64,000 nucleotides of DNA from Rubripirellula sp. (GTDB lineage: Bacteria; Planctomycetota; Planctomycetia; Pirellulales; Pirellulaceae), in the NCBI GenBank assembly GCA_965216875.1, contig OZ244207.1, positions 7,232,001 through 7,296,000 of the forward strand, in the 5' to 3' direction. The notes beneath the pieces were generated by a model that searched no databases, was not told where the DNA came from, and saw only the letters and a program-made list of their open reading frames with translations. Positions 28,004 through 36,821 of the stretch are shown one piece after another. How positions within the stretch are numbered: position 1 is the stretch's first letter; every line of letters starts with the position of its first letter. The position numbers and the translations under genes were made by a program.

Positions 28004-28027
28004 CCACCTTCTGGCGAAGGTAGCTAC
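28004..28027 (-). repeat. GTAG-type REP-like palindrome (family B)
   Basis: Reverse complement GTAGCTACCTTCGCCAGAAGGTGG is identical to 52610-52633; variant at 30359-30382. Confidence 0.85.
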
Positions 28028-28043
28028 GGGCCACGAATTCTGT

Positions 28044-28238
28044 GAGCCGTGATCGCGTGAGCGGCCGGGCTTTGCACTCCTAGGCCGATTGCAAAGGCCC
28101 GAGGCCTGACGGCCAGCGGCTCATGGGCCCGAAGCTAGCGCTTACGGCTCAGGGGCCCGACGCTACTAGCGCTTACGGCTCAGGGGCCCGACGCTAGCGC
28201 GTTCGGCTCAGGGGCCCGACGCTAGCGCGTACGGCTCA
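28044..28238. repeat. Composite TGAGCCG...CGGCTCA element plus four tandem ~28-bp family A units
   Basis: Units at 28124-28151, 28152-28182, 28183-28210 and 28211-28238 (GGGCCCGACGCTAGCGCGTTCGGCTCA variants); 28044-28123 is an inverted homologue of 43040-43131. Confidence 0.85.
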
Positions 28239-28517
28239 GGTGTTGAGGCCTTGGAACGCTTCGAGAGTCTCGTCGAGTTGGCGGAGTTGTTCGGCAGCGG
28301 TTTGAGACAGATCGACAAAGAGCGTTTTCACGCCCCCCACTTCGCACCAGGTGGCCTGTTCGTCATCGAGCCATTCGCTGCGAACTTTGAAGCCCATGGC
28401 TTTGGCTTCGCGGATCCGCCGCCGCAAACGGGTGACCACGTTTTCGTCGTCGATGGTGGCAGTGGCCGAAGAGGGTTGCTTGTTTTCGTTGCGGTGCATC
28501 CTGCGGCGCTCCAACAT
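28236..28517 (-). CDS. Small hypothetical protein
   Basis: EAKAMGFKVRSEWL..WCEVGGVKTLFVDLSQTAAEQL, protein-like composition; start uncertain. Confidence 0.65.
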   Translation of the reverse strand: MLERRRMHRNENKQPSSATATIDDENVVTRLRRRIREAKAMGFKVRSEWLDDEQATWCEVGGVKTLFVDLSQTAAEQLRQLDETLEAFQGLNT

Positions 28518-28813
28518 TCCTTTGTTTTGTCTGCAAAGCCCTTCGCGTCAAATGCAAAGGTTTCGTAGCCGGATCATCTTGCCTAATCGGCCCGACGGCA
28601 ATGGGCGTCGCCGCCGTGAGTTTGGCAATTTGTGCGGGAACGCACGCCCCACCTGTAGCAACTAGAGCGGTTACGACGATAGATCATTCATACCGTCAGT
28701 GGGCGGAAATTGTACGGTTCCACGATTCACTTCACCGGCTTTCCAGCACGAGTTTCCCCGAGTTTGTACTCGGTCGAAGCGCGTTCTGAATAGCCCTCCT
28801 TGTCCCAGGCACT

Positions 28814-29656
28814 ATGCAACCGCAACCAGCTTCGCAGAATCAGCCAACTTCGACTCAAGGTTCTCTTACCGGAACTCCCTTGCCGCCTGCCAATAGCAAC
28901 GCGGCAGCAAGCCAGGCTCAACTTGATCACCTTAAGAGTGAACTGCGGAAAACCCAAGCCCTCGCGGCGCTTGGCGAGCTGACCGGCACGGCGACTCACG
29001 AGTTCAACAACGTGTTGATGACCATCATTAACTACGCAAAGTTGGGGTTGCGAAACAAAGACGAAGCTAGCCGCGACAAAGCGCTCACCAAGATCCTGGA
29101 AGCATCGCAACGCGCGGCCAAAATCACTTCAACGATTTTGGCTCAAGCTCGCAATCGCAGCGAATCGTTTGAGCCGACTAACCTCGGCCAGATCATCGAG
29201 GACTCACTGGTTCTGCTTGAGCGTGAAATGCGAAAGTACAGGATCGCGATCGAAACCGACATCGAGCCATCCACGCCGCCCGCGATGGCCTGTGGGAACC
29301 AGATTCAACGCGTCTTGTTGAACCTATTGATCAACGCTCGGCAATCGATGGCCGAGGGCGGAACGGTGCTCGTGAAACTCACTCCGAGTGCGGAAGCAGG
29401 TTTTGTGGAACTGACCGTTCGCGATTCAGGTGTTGGCATCCCCCAGGAATCGTTGCCTCGGATCTTTGACGCCTTCTATACCACCAAGGACGGCCCCGAT
29501 GCTTCCGGAAAAGGGGGAACGGGACTTGGCTTGGCGGCCTGCAAAGAGATCGTCGATTCTCACAACGGTCGAATTCGCGTTGAAAGCACGGTTGGACGTG
29601 GCACTGCGTTCATCATTCGATTGCCCATCTCGGGTGGTCACCAAGCCGCTGCCTAG
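28814..29656 (+). CDS. Histidine kinase (HisKA + HATPase) with no sensor domain
   Basis: HEFNN H-box, NLLINA N-box, DSGVGI, FYTTK, GTGLGL. Confidence 0.93.
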   Translation: MQPQPASQNQPTSTQGSLTGTPLPPANSNAAASQAQLDHLKSELRKTQALAALGELTGTATHEFNNVLMTIINYAKLGLRNKDEASRDKALTKILEASQRAAKITSTILAQARNRSESFEPTNLGQIIEDSLVLLEREMRKYRIAIETDIEPSTPPAMACGNQIQRVLLNLLINARQSMAEGGTVLVKLTPSAEAGFVELTVRDSGVGIPQESLPRIFDAFYTTKDGPDASGKGGTGLGLAACKEIVDSHNGRIRVESTVGRGTAFIIRLPISGGHQAAA

Positions 29657-29756
29657 AAGGCGACTGCATCTGTGGAACTTGGTCATCTCGTTGGGCCTGG
29701 CCAACTTTTAAGTCCTGGGGCGTCAGTTTGCGGTCGCGTGCGGTTAAGATGTCCGC

Positions 29757-30362
29757 ATGCCCCAATGTGATGAAAATGCTCTCCGGTCTCGGTGTGTCTG
29801 GTCGTGCGCGCTTCTTTTTGCAGTTTGTCTAGCCATCGGTTGCGCGCCGACGCAACAAGAGCCTCAGCCGGTTCAAGAAGCGTCGTCATCGGACGCGGCC
29901 ACACCAGCAGTGGAACCAACCGACTCTGAAGCACTTCTCTCGGATGTCCGCTCATGGGAAGGCGACCAAGAAGAACTGCCCGAACAGGAACTCTCGTTCC
30001 TGGATCTTGGAACGCCAGACGGCGCACCGCCCGAGCGTGAACTGAGGCTGCAGAACTTTGCCCGCAAGTTTGGCCATCAAAACATCGTGGTCGTCCGCGT
30101 CGTTGGCTCAGAGAAACTCCGTCCGGGAGTCCTTGCACGAAAGCTATCGACCCAACCCGAGATAGGGTCGCGCGCGACGTTTGCAACAAGACCTGCGGAA
30201 ACCGCCATCATTGCGATGCGGTTTACTGGCGAAGTCAGAATCGTCGCGGACTTGATTGACTTCGGGAGCGTGGAATCGATCGACGAAACCAATCGACTGA
30301 TCTACGTCGATGCGTCGGACGAGAGGCAGAACGCTGCTGCAGAAGATTCGCCATCTCCGTAG
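29757..30362 (+). CDS. Hypothetical lipoprotein
   Basis: Hydrophobic stretch ending LAIGC, acidic linker, small globular domain. Confidence 0.6.
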   Translation: MPQCDENALRSRCVWSCALLFAVCLAIGCAPTQQEPQPVQEASSSDAATPAVEPTDSEALLSDVRSWEGDQEELPEQELSFLDLGTPDGAPPERELRLQNFARKFGHQNIVVVRVVGSEKLRPGVLARKLSTQPEIGSRATFATRPAETAIIAMRFTGEVRIVADLIDFGSVESIDETNRLIYVDASDERQNAAAEDSPSP

Positions 30363-30382
30363 CTACGCTCGCCAGAGCGTGG
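30359..30382 (+). repeat. GTAG-type REP-like palindrome (family B variant)
   Basis: GTAGCTACGCTCGCCAGAGCGTGG; its TAG is the stop codon of the upstream CDS; degenerate inverted partner near 30417-30436. Confidence 0.8.
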
Positions 30383-30462
30383 GGTTGCTGGAAACCAGCC
30401 AGCCGACGCATCTCAGCGTCTGACGAAGGTACCTACGATCTGCCGCGCGAAGCGTCTGCGTT

Positions 30463-31692
30463 CTACTTGGATTCGAATTTGTAGATTCGACCGCCGCCCA
30501 TCATCGTACTCATCAGCACTTCGCCATCGTCGGTTTGACCGAACGTAAAGACCGCGAGGTTGTCCCAGGCAATCGGACGATTCTCCGTCACGGACTTCTT
30601 CTCGCGATCATACCGCAAAGCCCAAAGGCGTCCGCTGACGTAGTCACCATAAAGGTAGTAGCCATCCAAGGAGGGTGTTGACGGGCCACGATAGACAGCA
30701 CCGCCCGTGATCGATTTGCCCCAATCATCGGTGTGAGGGTATTCGACGAGCGGTTCGATCAGATCCCTGCGTGGCCCTGATCCTTTTCCACCACCAAGGG
30801 TGAAACTATGTGCCGCCTCGCGGAGGCTCCAGCCATAATTGCCGCCGCCTTGGATCAAGTTGATTTCTTCCCACGCATTCTGGCCGACATCGGCAGCCCA
30901 AAGGTCACCCGTTTTAGGGTCAAACGCCATCCGCCAAATGTTGCGAATACCCCAAGCATAGATTTCCGGCCACACGCCCTTTCGACCAACCAGTGGGTTG
31001 TCGTTAGGGATTCCGTAGGGCGATGAGTCGGTTGATTGATCAACATCAATTCTCAGAACCGATCCGTGCAATTTGCTTAGGTCTTGGCCGCTGCCAAGTG
31101 GGTCGTTTCCTTTTCCACCGTCGCCAAGAGCAACGTAAAGGTAACCGTCGGGCCCAAAGACGAGCGTGCCACCGTTGTGGTTCCAAAACGGTTGCTGGAT
31201 CTGCATCAACTGCACTTCGCTATCGGGATCGCCCACATTCGGATCGGATTCCGAAACGGTAAAGCGACTGATGACCGAAACGTGCGGACGCTCGGTGGTC
31301 GTGTAGTAAACAAAGAAGTGCCCGTTCTCTTTGAACTTGGGATGAAAGGCCAAGCCCAGCAACCCTTCCTCGTTTTCACGATCCTTGTACGACACCTTTT
31401 TAGTGATGTCGATGAACAAGTTTGCTTCTTCGACTTCGGTATCGTTCTGTTCGATGAAGAAAACCTTGCCTTTTTGGCCAGCGATGAAGAGCCGCCCGCT
31501 GCCATCGCCGGCACCTGTTAAGACGATTGGCCGATCGACGCGCAAATTGGGATAGGCATTGACGACTTTGATCGGCATCGGCGACGTGTTGAGCGACTCG
31601 GGCGGTTTCGCCAAGTTGATCGTCGACGACTGTGCCAGTGCGCCACCGGTGGCCAGTGTGGTTAAGAGGATTGCCGTTGCGAGTCGTTTCAT
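30463..31692 (-). CDS. PQQ-dependent sugar (glucose/sorbosone) dehydrogenase family protein
   Basis: GLLGLAFHP, NHNGGTLVFGPDGYLY, EIYAWGIRNIWR, DVGQNAWEEIN, GGNYGW; signal peptide. Confidence 0.92.
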   Translation of the reverse strand: MKRLATAILLTTLATGGALAQSSTINLAKPPESLNTSPMPIKVVNAYPNLRVDRPIVLTGAGDGSGRLFIAGQKGKVFFIEQNDTEVEEANLFIDITKKVSYKDRENEEGLLGLAFHPKFKENGHFFVYYTTTERPHVSVISRFTVSESDPNVGDPDSEVQLMQIQQPFWNHNGGTLVFGPDGYLYVALGDGGKGNDPLGSGQDLSKLHGSVLRIDVDQSTDSSPYGIPNDNPLVGRKGVWPEIYAWGIRNIWRMAFDPKTGDLWAADVGQNAWEEINLIQGGGNYGWSLREAAHSFTLGGGKGSGPRRDLIEPLVEYPHTDDWGKSITGGAVYRGPSTPSLDGYYLYGDYVSGRLWALRYDREKKSVTENRPIAWDNLAVFTFGQTDDGEVLMSTMMGGGRIYKFESK

Positions 31693-31807
31693 CGATGTCA
31701 CCTTATGCCAAAGAATCAAGATTCCGCGTGGCTCTCAATCGCAACAAAGTCGAAGCGAAACGCGAGAGCCACGGTTGATTGTCGGTAGCCGTGATGCGTT
31801 TGTGGAT

Positions 31808-31833
31808 GCTACTTTCGCGGAGCGAAAGGCGAC
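31808..31833. repeat. Short palindromic intergenic repeat (family E)
   Basis: GCTACTTTCGCGGAGCGAAAGGCGAC; degenerate relatives at about 50633-50694. Confidence 0.55.
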
Positions 31834-31854
31834 TTTGCGGCTACGCGGGTTCAA

Positions 31855-32538
31855 CTAGAGGATGCCAAGCAGTTCGACTTCGAACACCAAGACTTCGTTG
31901 GGGCCAATCGCTCGTCCGCTACCACGTTCGCCATAGCCCAAATCCGATGGGATGTAGATCATCCACTTATCGCCAACCTTCATCTTTTGCAGTGCCATGG
32001 TCCAGCCTGGGATCACTTGGCCAACCGCAAACTGAGCAGGTTGTCCACGCTGAACGCTGCTGTCAAAGACAGTGCCATCGGTTAGCTTGCCTGTGTAATG
32101 AACACGCACGGTGTCGGCGGCAGTTGGCGACTCGCCATCGCCACTTTTGAGGACTTTGTATTGCAGTCCTTTTTCGAGGCTTTTGACACCTTCCTTTTTG
32201 CCGTTTTCAGCGAGCCACTTTTCGCCAGACGCCTTCTTTTCGGCCATCTTCGCGGTGAAGCGTTCTTGAAGAAGTTTTTGAATTGCGGCTTCGGTTGCCT
32301 TCAATTGTTCTTCGTTCAACTTTGGATCGTTCTTGGCGAGTCCATCTTTGAATCCTGAGAGCAACGAATCGAAATCAAAGTCGGTCGCTTCAAAACCAGC
32401 GCCTCCCATTTGCTGGCCCATCGACAGGCCAAGGAAGTAACCAACCGACTTGCCGCTGCCAGCTTCGTCTTGGGCCGAAGCGGTTTGGCAAAGGCCTGTG
32501 ATCGCGACCAATGCAACAAGCATCAAACGTACGGACAT
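31855..32538 (-). CDS. FKBP-type peptidyl-prolyl isomerase (FkpA/Mip-like)
   Basis: GLQYKVL, VRVHYTGKLTDGTVFDSS, VIPGW, IPSDLGYG, LVFEVELL; signal peptide. Confidence 0.95.
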   Translation of the reverse strand: MSVRLMLVALVAITGLCQTASAQDEAGSGKSVGYFLGLSMGQQMGGAGFEATDFDFDSLLSGFKDGLAKNDPKLNEEQLKATEAAIQKLLQERFTAKMAEKKASGEKWLAENGKKEGVKSLEKGLQYKVLKSGDGESPTAADTVRVHYTGKLTDGTVFDSSVQRGQPAQFAVGQVIPGWTMALQKMKVGDKWMIYIPSDLGYGERGSGRAIGPNEVLVFEVELLGIL

Positions 32539-32792
32539 TATTCTTCTTTCCTAGGGTTGATTCGGTCGGCTGAAATAACGGGCCTCTGGCGCGTCGCAAA
32601 TCCGGTCGCCGACTTGCGTAGGTGGGACCGCGGAAATTGGGCCGCGGCCGCGTTATCACCAACATGCGGTGCTAATGCGTAGACCAAGCAGGATAGCAGG
32701 CTGGGTCGGAAACGCCACGGGACAAGGTGTTGAGGGTGGAAAACGTCGCGGAAACCGGCTGATTCCCAGCAAAAGTGGCCCGAGAGAGTTTT

Positions 32793-33809
32793 TCAGCGGC
32801 CCATCGCTGCCGCGGCGGCCACCGCAACAACGAGCGCGACGGCCAACACCGCTAGTTTCGCCCAGCTGACGTTTGCGTGGGGGGTGGCCATCGTCCGATT
32901 GGCAATCTGCTGTTGCAGCTCGGCTCGTCCCAACTCGGTCACACGCCCTGCCCCAACGTCTTCGCTGCTTGCCACGATCGACCCGGGTTCGAATTGATCA
33001 TCAAGCTGCAACATCACCGCTTGGACTTGCCGAGCGTTGAAGGGGCGATCCTCGGGCGACTTTGCCAACAACTGATAAACGACTTCGTCAAGCTCATCGG
33101 GGCAAAGGGGCATCGCTGCTTTGACACGAGGGATTTCACCTCGCAAGTGTTGTTCAAAGAGTTGGGCGAAGTTGTCACCTTGATAAGGCTTACGCCCCGT
33201 CAGCAACTCGTACAGGCAGCAGCCAAGGGCATACAGGTCAGCCTTTCCTGAGATCGTGTTGTCGCCGGTGATCTGCTCAGGTGCCATGTAGGCGTGCGTG
33301 CCAACGGTCAGCCCCGCGTCGGTCAAGTCGGCGTTGTTGGTATCTCGAGCGATTCCAAAATCACCAAGCTTGACGTCGGCTTCCTTGGTCAAGAATAGAT
33401 TGCCAGGTTTCAGGTCGCGATGAATCACCCCATTGTTGTGGGCATGCTGCAGAGCCGAGCAGCCCTGTCGCGCGATCTCGACCACCACGGGCCAGCGAAG
33501 TGGGATGCCATCTTGGATCAACTGCTTGACCGTTCCCCCTTCGATCAACTCCATCACATAGTAGAGCTGGCCGTTGTCTTGGCCGCCGCCATAGTAGGCG
33601 ATGATGTTGGGGTGCCGAAGCCTTTCGAGGATGGTCATCTCGCGACGAAAGCGAGCGGCCATCAATTTGTCTTCGCCAAAGCTTGGGTGCAGCTTTTTGA
33701 TGGCGACGCGAGTGCCGCTACTGCGTTCGGTGCCCAAGTAGATCGTGCCTGCCGTCCCTGCGCCGAGCGGGTCGCCTATTTCGTAGTCGGCAAGATTGGC
33801 TGATGGCAT
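32793..33809 (-). CDS. Hanks-type Ser/Thr protein kinase with C-terminal TM anchor
   Basis: LGAGTAG, VAIKKL, IHRDLKPGN, DFG, GTHAYMAPE, DLYALG. Confidence 0.95.
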   Translation of the reverse strand: MPSANLADYEIGDPLGAGTAGTIYLGTERSSGTRVAIKKLHPSFGEDKLMAARFRREMTILERLRHPNIIAYYGGGQDNGQLYYVMELIEGGTVKQLIQDGIPLRWPVVVEIARQGCSALQHAHNNGVIHRDLKPGNLFLTKEADVKLGDFGIARDTNNADLTDAGLTVGTHAYMAPEQITGDNTISGKADLYALGCCLYELLTGRKPYQGDNFAQLFEQHLRGEIPRVKAAMPLCPDELDEVVYQLLAKSPEDRPFNARQVQAVMLQLDDQFEPGSIVASSEDVGAGRVTELGRAELQQQIANRTMATPHANVSWAKLAVLAVALVVAVAAAAAMGR

Positions 33810-33964
33810 GGTGGACCTGGCAAGTCTGTTCCTTCCGAGTCGCATTAGCGACGTCGCGCGACAAGGCTGGAACCGAAGGACCCACAGTATAAACGAGGCG
33901 AGGGCCGGTTGTGATTACCAACAACCGGCCCTGCGATGAGCGATTTCGTCGATTCTCGGAGCCG

Positions 33965-34279
33965 TTACGCTCCGGTGATTTTCTCGATTCGAACCCGAGT
34001 GTGCAGCTGGCGGTGTCCGGTGCGGGACTTGCTGTGCTTACGACGACGGAACTTTTGGATGTACAGTTTTTTGTCCTGCTTAGGACCCAAAACCGATGCA
34101 GTCACGGTCGCCCCTTCAACGGTGGGGGCACCGAGCTTCATTCCATCGTCACCACTGATGGCCAAAACCTTCTCGAAAGTGATGGTTTCGTCCTTGGGTA
34201 CGTCACGATAATCGACGTCGACTTCCATGCCTGGTTGGACGCGGTATTGGCGACCGCCGTCAACGATGATGGCGTACAT
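33965..34279 (-). CDS. rplU: 50S ribosomal protein L21
   Basis: MYAIIVDGGRQYRV..KFRRRK..GHRQLHT. Confidence 0.97.
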   Translation of the reverse strand: MYAIIVDGGRQYRVQPGMEVDVDYRDVPKDETITFEKVLAISGDDGMKLGAPTVEGATVTASVLGPKQDKKLYIQKFRRRKHSKSRTGHRQLHTRVRIEKITGA

Positions 34280-34442
34280 TTTGGTGTCTCTACTACTATT
34301 GAAATACGTTGATCGTCACAACTTGCTGTTCTGGCGAGCCGCGTAGTTTAGCGTTGGCTGCTCGGGACGCCTAGGCCGTCCGAGCTCTTTTTTGCCCTCT
34401 TTTGCCAGCCCAGTCGCGACGCAGCGAATCCTCGGGATGTGC

Positions 34443-36821
34443 CTATTTTTGCCGGTTGAGCAGGTTTTCCAGCAGAAATCGGTGCGTCATCTGCCCCATG
34501 TGCCAGACCTGCCCGGGATGCCGCACGGCGTGGGCTGCCCCCGGGTAGATCATCAGCTCGAAATCGATGCCCGCCTTTTGCAAGGCATCGGCCATCCGGA
34601 ACGTGCCGCTGGGGTGAACGTTGTCATCCGCTTCGCCATGGATCATGAGCACCCGGCCGTTCAGGTCAGCCGCCTTTGCGACTGGCGAGGTCTTGGCGTA
34701 CCCGTCCTTGTTCTCAAGCGGCAATCCCATGTACCGCTCGGTGTAAAAAGCATCGTATTCGAGCCAGTCGGTGACCGAACCGCCTGCGATGCCCGCGCAA
34801 AATGCGTCGCTGTGGGTCATGGCATACAGGGTCATGAACCCACCATAGCTCCAGCCACGAATGGCCAACCGTTCGTCGTCGACCCACGGTTGCTCCTCAA
34901 GCCATCCAACGGCTTCCAGGATGTCGCCCAATTCCACTTCGCCGAGTCGCCATTTCACACCCCAAGTTTCTCCGATCCCACGGCCCGCACTCGACCGATT
35001 GTCGACCACAAGCGTCGCGATTCCCTCCCGGGCAAGCAGCTCGCGGTAGAGCGCGCGATTGGATGACCACCGCGACGTCACCACGGGTGCTTGAGGGCCT
35101 CCGTAGATTTCAAGAACGACCGGACAGGGCGTTTGCTCGCTTGCGCCCTCGGGCCGATACAACATGGCCGGAAGGGGAACGCCATCCTCGGTTTCGATTC
35201 GAAACACTTCCGGCTCGATCAGCGCCGACTCGAGCAACAGTTCTGACGCTGCGATCTTCTGAACCGATTCGCCCGAAATCTCGCGCAGCAGATCCCCTGA
35301 AGTATCTTGCAGCAGCAACGTTGGTGGTTCACTCGGTGTGCTATGCGCGTCGACGATGAAGTCACCGCGCGGGCTGATCGAGATGTCGTGCCAACCTTTA
35401 GACGTCGTGATGGGTTGAAGCATGGGACCGTCGGCACGCAGGTCAATTCGGTAGGCATGCCGCTCGATCGAAACACCCCTGCGATCTCCCGTCACGATCG
35501 CGAACGTGCCGTCGGTGGCGACGTAGTAGTCGTGTACATCAAAGTCCTCAGGCGAAACCGGGGTCGCGATCGAACCATCCGGCGAAAGGTGGTAAAGCCG
35601 ATAACGTCCGGTCGGAAGTTCACTGCGCCATACCAAACTGCCATCAGCAAGGAATGCGGGGGGCGAAGGAGGCTCAACCCAAGCGGGACTTTCTTCACGC
35701 AGCAACAGCGTCGAGTCATTGGTATTGCCGAGCAGAAAAGCTTCACTTGCAGCGCGCAATTCGCGCCACGTTTGTGTTCGGTCGCTGATGCTGAATAAGA
35801 GCGTCCGATTGCGCGCGTGCCACCAGACGCCCGTGATGATCCGCTGGTCCTGAGGTGTCGAACGGGCAATGAGCCTCGGCGCTGGAATGGTTCCCTGATC
35901 AAAGTTCCGCAGATCCCAGATCAACAAGTTCGCGTGGGGAATCGGGTCGCCTGCTTTCGGGTAGCGTCGAATGATTCCTGCGCCGCGATCACTTGATGCC
36001 AACGGCAGGGTGTAAACCGGGACGCCGCTAATGTCGATCCGCAGCATCGCCAACCAATTGCCATCGGGGCTGAACCAAAAGCCTTTGTAGTTGCCACGCC
36101 CAAAGATCTCTTCCTGGTAGGTCCAATCGAGTACGCCATCAAGCAGCGTGTCGGATTCGTCCCGCGTCATTCTCAGGGTCCGGCCCGTCGCGATGTCGAC
36201 GAGGAAGAGATCGCCATTTTGCGTGTAGGCGACACGGCGTCCGATCGGATCGATCGTCGCGTTTCCCCACTTGGTCGCATCGCGGGTCAACCAACGTGCG
36301 TCATCGGTTCTCGAAACAACGGCAAGTCCCTTGCCAACCCGCGCGAGGACTCTTCCCGACGGCTGCTTGAGTTGGGTCACGGCGGCAGCTGCCGACTCTT
36401 GGGCCTGTTTCGAATCGGTGCCTTGCAAGGTGGACAGTCGGTCCGCGATGGCGCCCACCACCGGCCACTCGAATTCAACACCCGACCGAAGGTCTCGCCG
36501 CATCCACGTGTCGTCGCGCTTGACCAGAAGTTGGGACTCTTGCCCGTCAACCAACCAATGCGTCGCTGGCAGCGAGGTTGTCATCGCTCGCTTCTTTTTC
36601 GGGTGCAGGAGCGTTTCCAGAGAAAGCTCGGGTGGCGAATCCTCCTCTGAAACCGACCCGAATGTGTCCTGGCCGAACAAATCGCCCCCAAAGAGGCACG
36701 TCACACCGATCAGTGTCACAAGACCGATTACCGATCTGCGGTTGCTCGATCTACAATTGTCGCATTCGGACTCCACCACACTGCCCTCGCTGAGTATCCA
36801 CCTTGCTGTTTTCACCATCAT
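34443..36821 (-). CDS. S9B dipeptidyl-peptidase IV family protein
   Basis: GVLDWTYQEEI, YPKAGD, YGGPQ, GWSYGG nucleophile, HGEADDNVH, YPGAAH; start uncertain. Confidence 0.92.
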   Translation of the reverse strand: MMVKTARWILSEGSVVESECDNCRSSNRRSVIGLVTLIGVTCLFGGDLFGQDTFGSVSEEDSPPELSLETLLHPKKKRAMTTSLPATHWLVDGQESQLLVKRDDTWMRRDLRSGVEFEWPVVGAIADRLSTLQGTDSKQAQESAAAAVTQLKQPSGRVLARVGKGLAVVSRTDDARWLTRDATKWGNATIDPIGRRVAYTQNGDLFLVDIATGRTLRMTRDESDTLLDGVLDWTYQEEIFGRGNYKGFWFSPDGNWLAMLRIDISGVPVYTLPLASSDRGAGIIRRYPKAGDPIPHANLLIWDLRNFDQGTIPAPRLIARSTPQDQRIITGVWWHARNRTLLFSISDRTQTWRELRAASEAFLLGNTNDSTLLLREESPAWVEPPSPPAFLADGSLVWRSELPTGRYRLYHLSPDGSIATPVSPEDFDVHDYYVATDGTFAIVTGDRRGVSIERHAYRIDLRADGPMLQPITTSKGWHDISISPRGDFIVDAHSTPSEPPTLLLQDTSGDLLREISGESVQKIAASELLLESALIEPEVFRIETEDGVPLPAMLYRPEGASEQTPCPVVLEIYGGPQAPVVTSRWSSNRALYRELLAREGIATLVVDNRSSAGRGIGETWGVKWRLGEVELGDILEAVGWLEEQPWVDDERLAIRGWSYGGFMTLYAMTHSDAFCAGIAGGSVTDWLEYDAFYTERYMGLPLENKDGYAKTSPVAKAADLNGRVLMIHGEADDNVHPSGTFRMADALQKAGIDFELMIYPGAAHAVRHPGQVWHMGQMTHRFLLENLLNRQK

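Noticed and set aside
28124..28238. Tandem ~28-bp palindromic repeats as a CRISPR array
   Set aside because: No unique spacers, the same unit is dispersed singly elsewhere, and there are no cas genes in the window.
36803..36821. Overlap of divergent S9 peptidase and sulfatase starts as a special feature
   Set aside because: Both starts are longest-ORF guesses; the true starts are probably further inside each gene.
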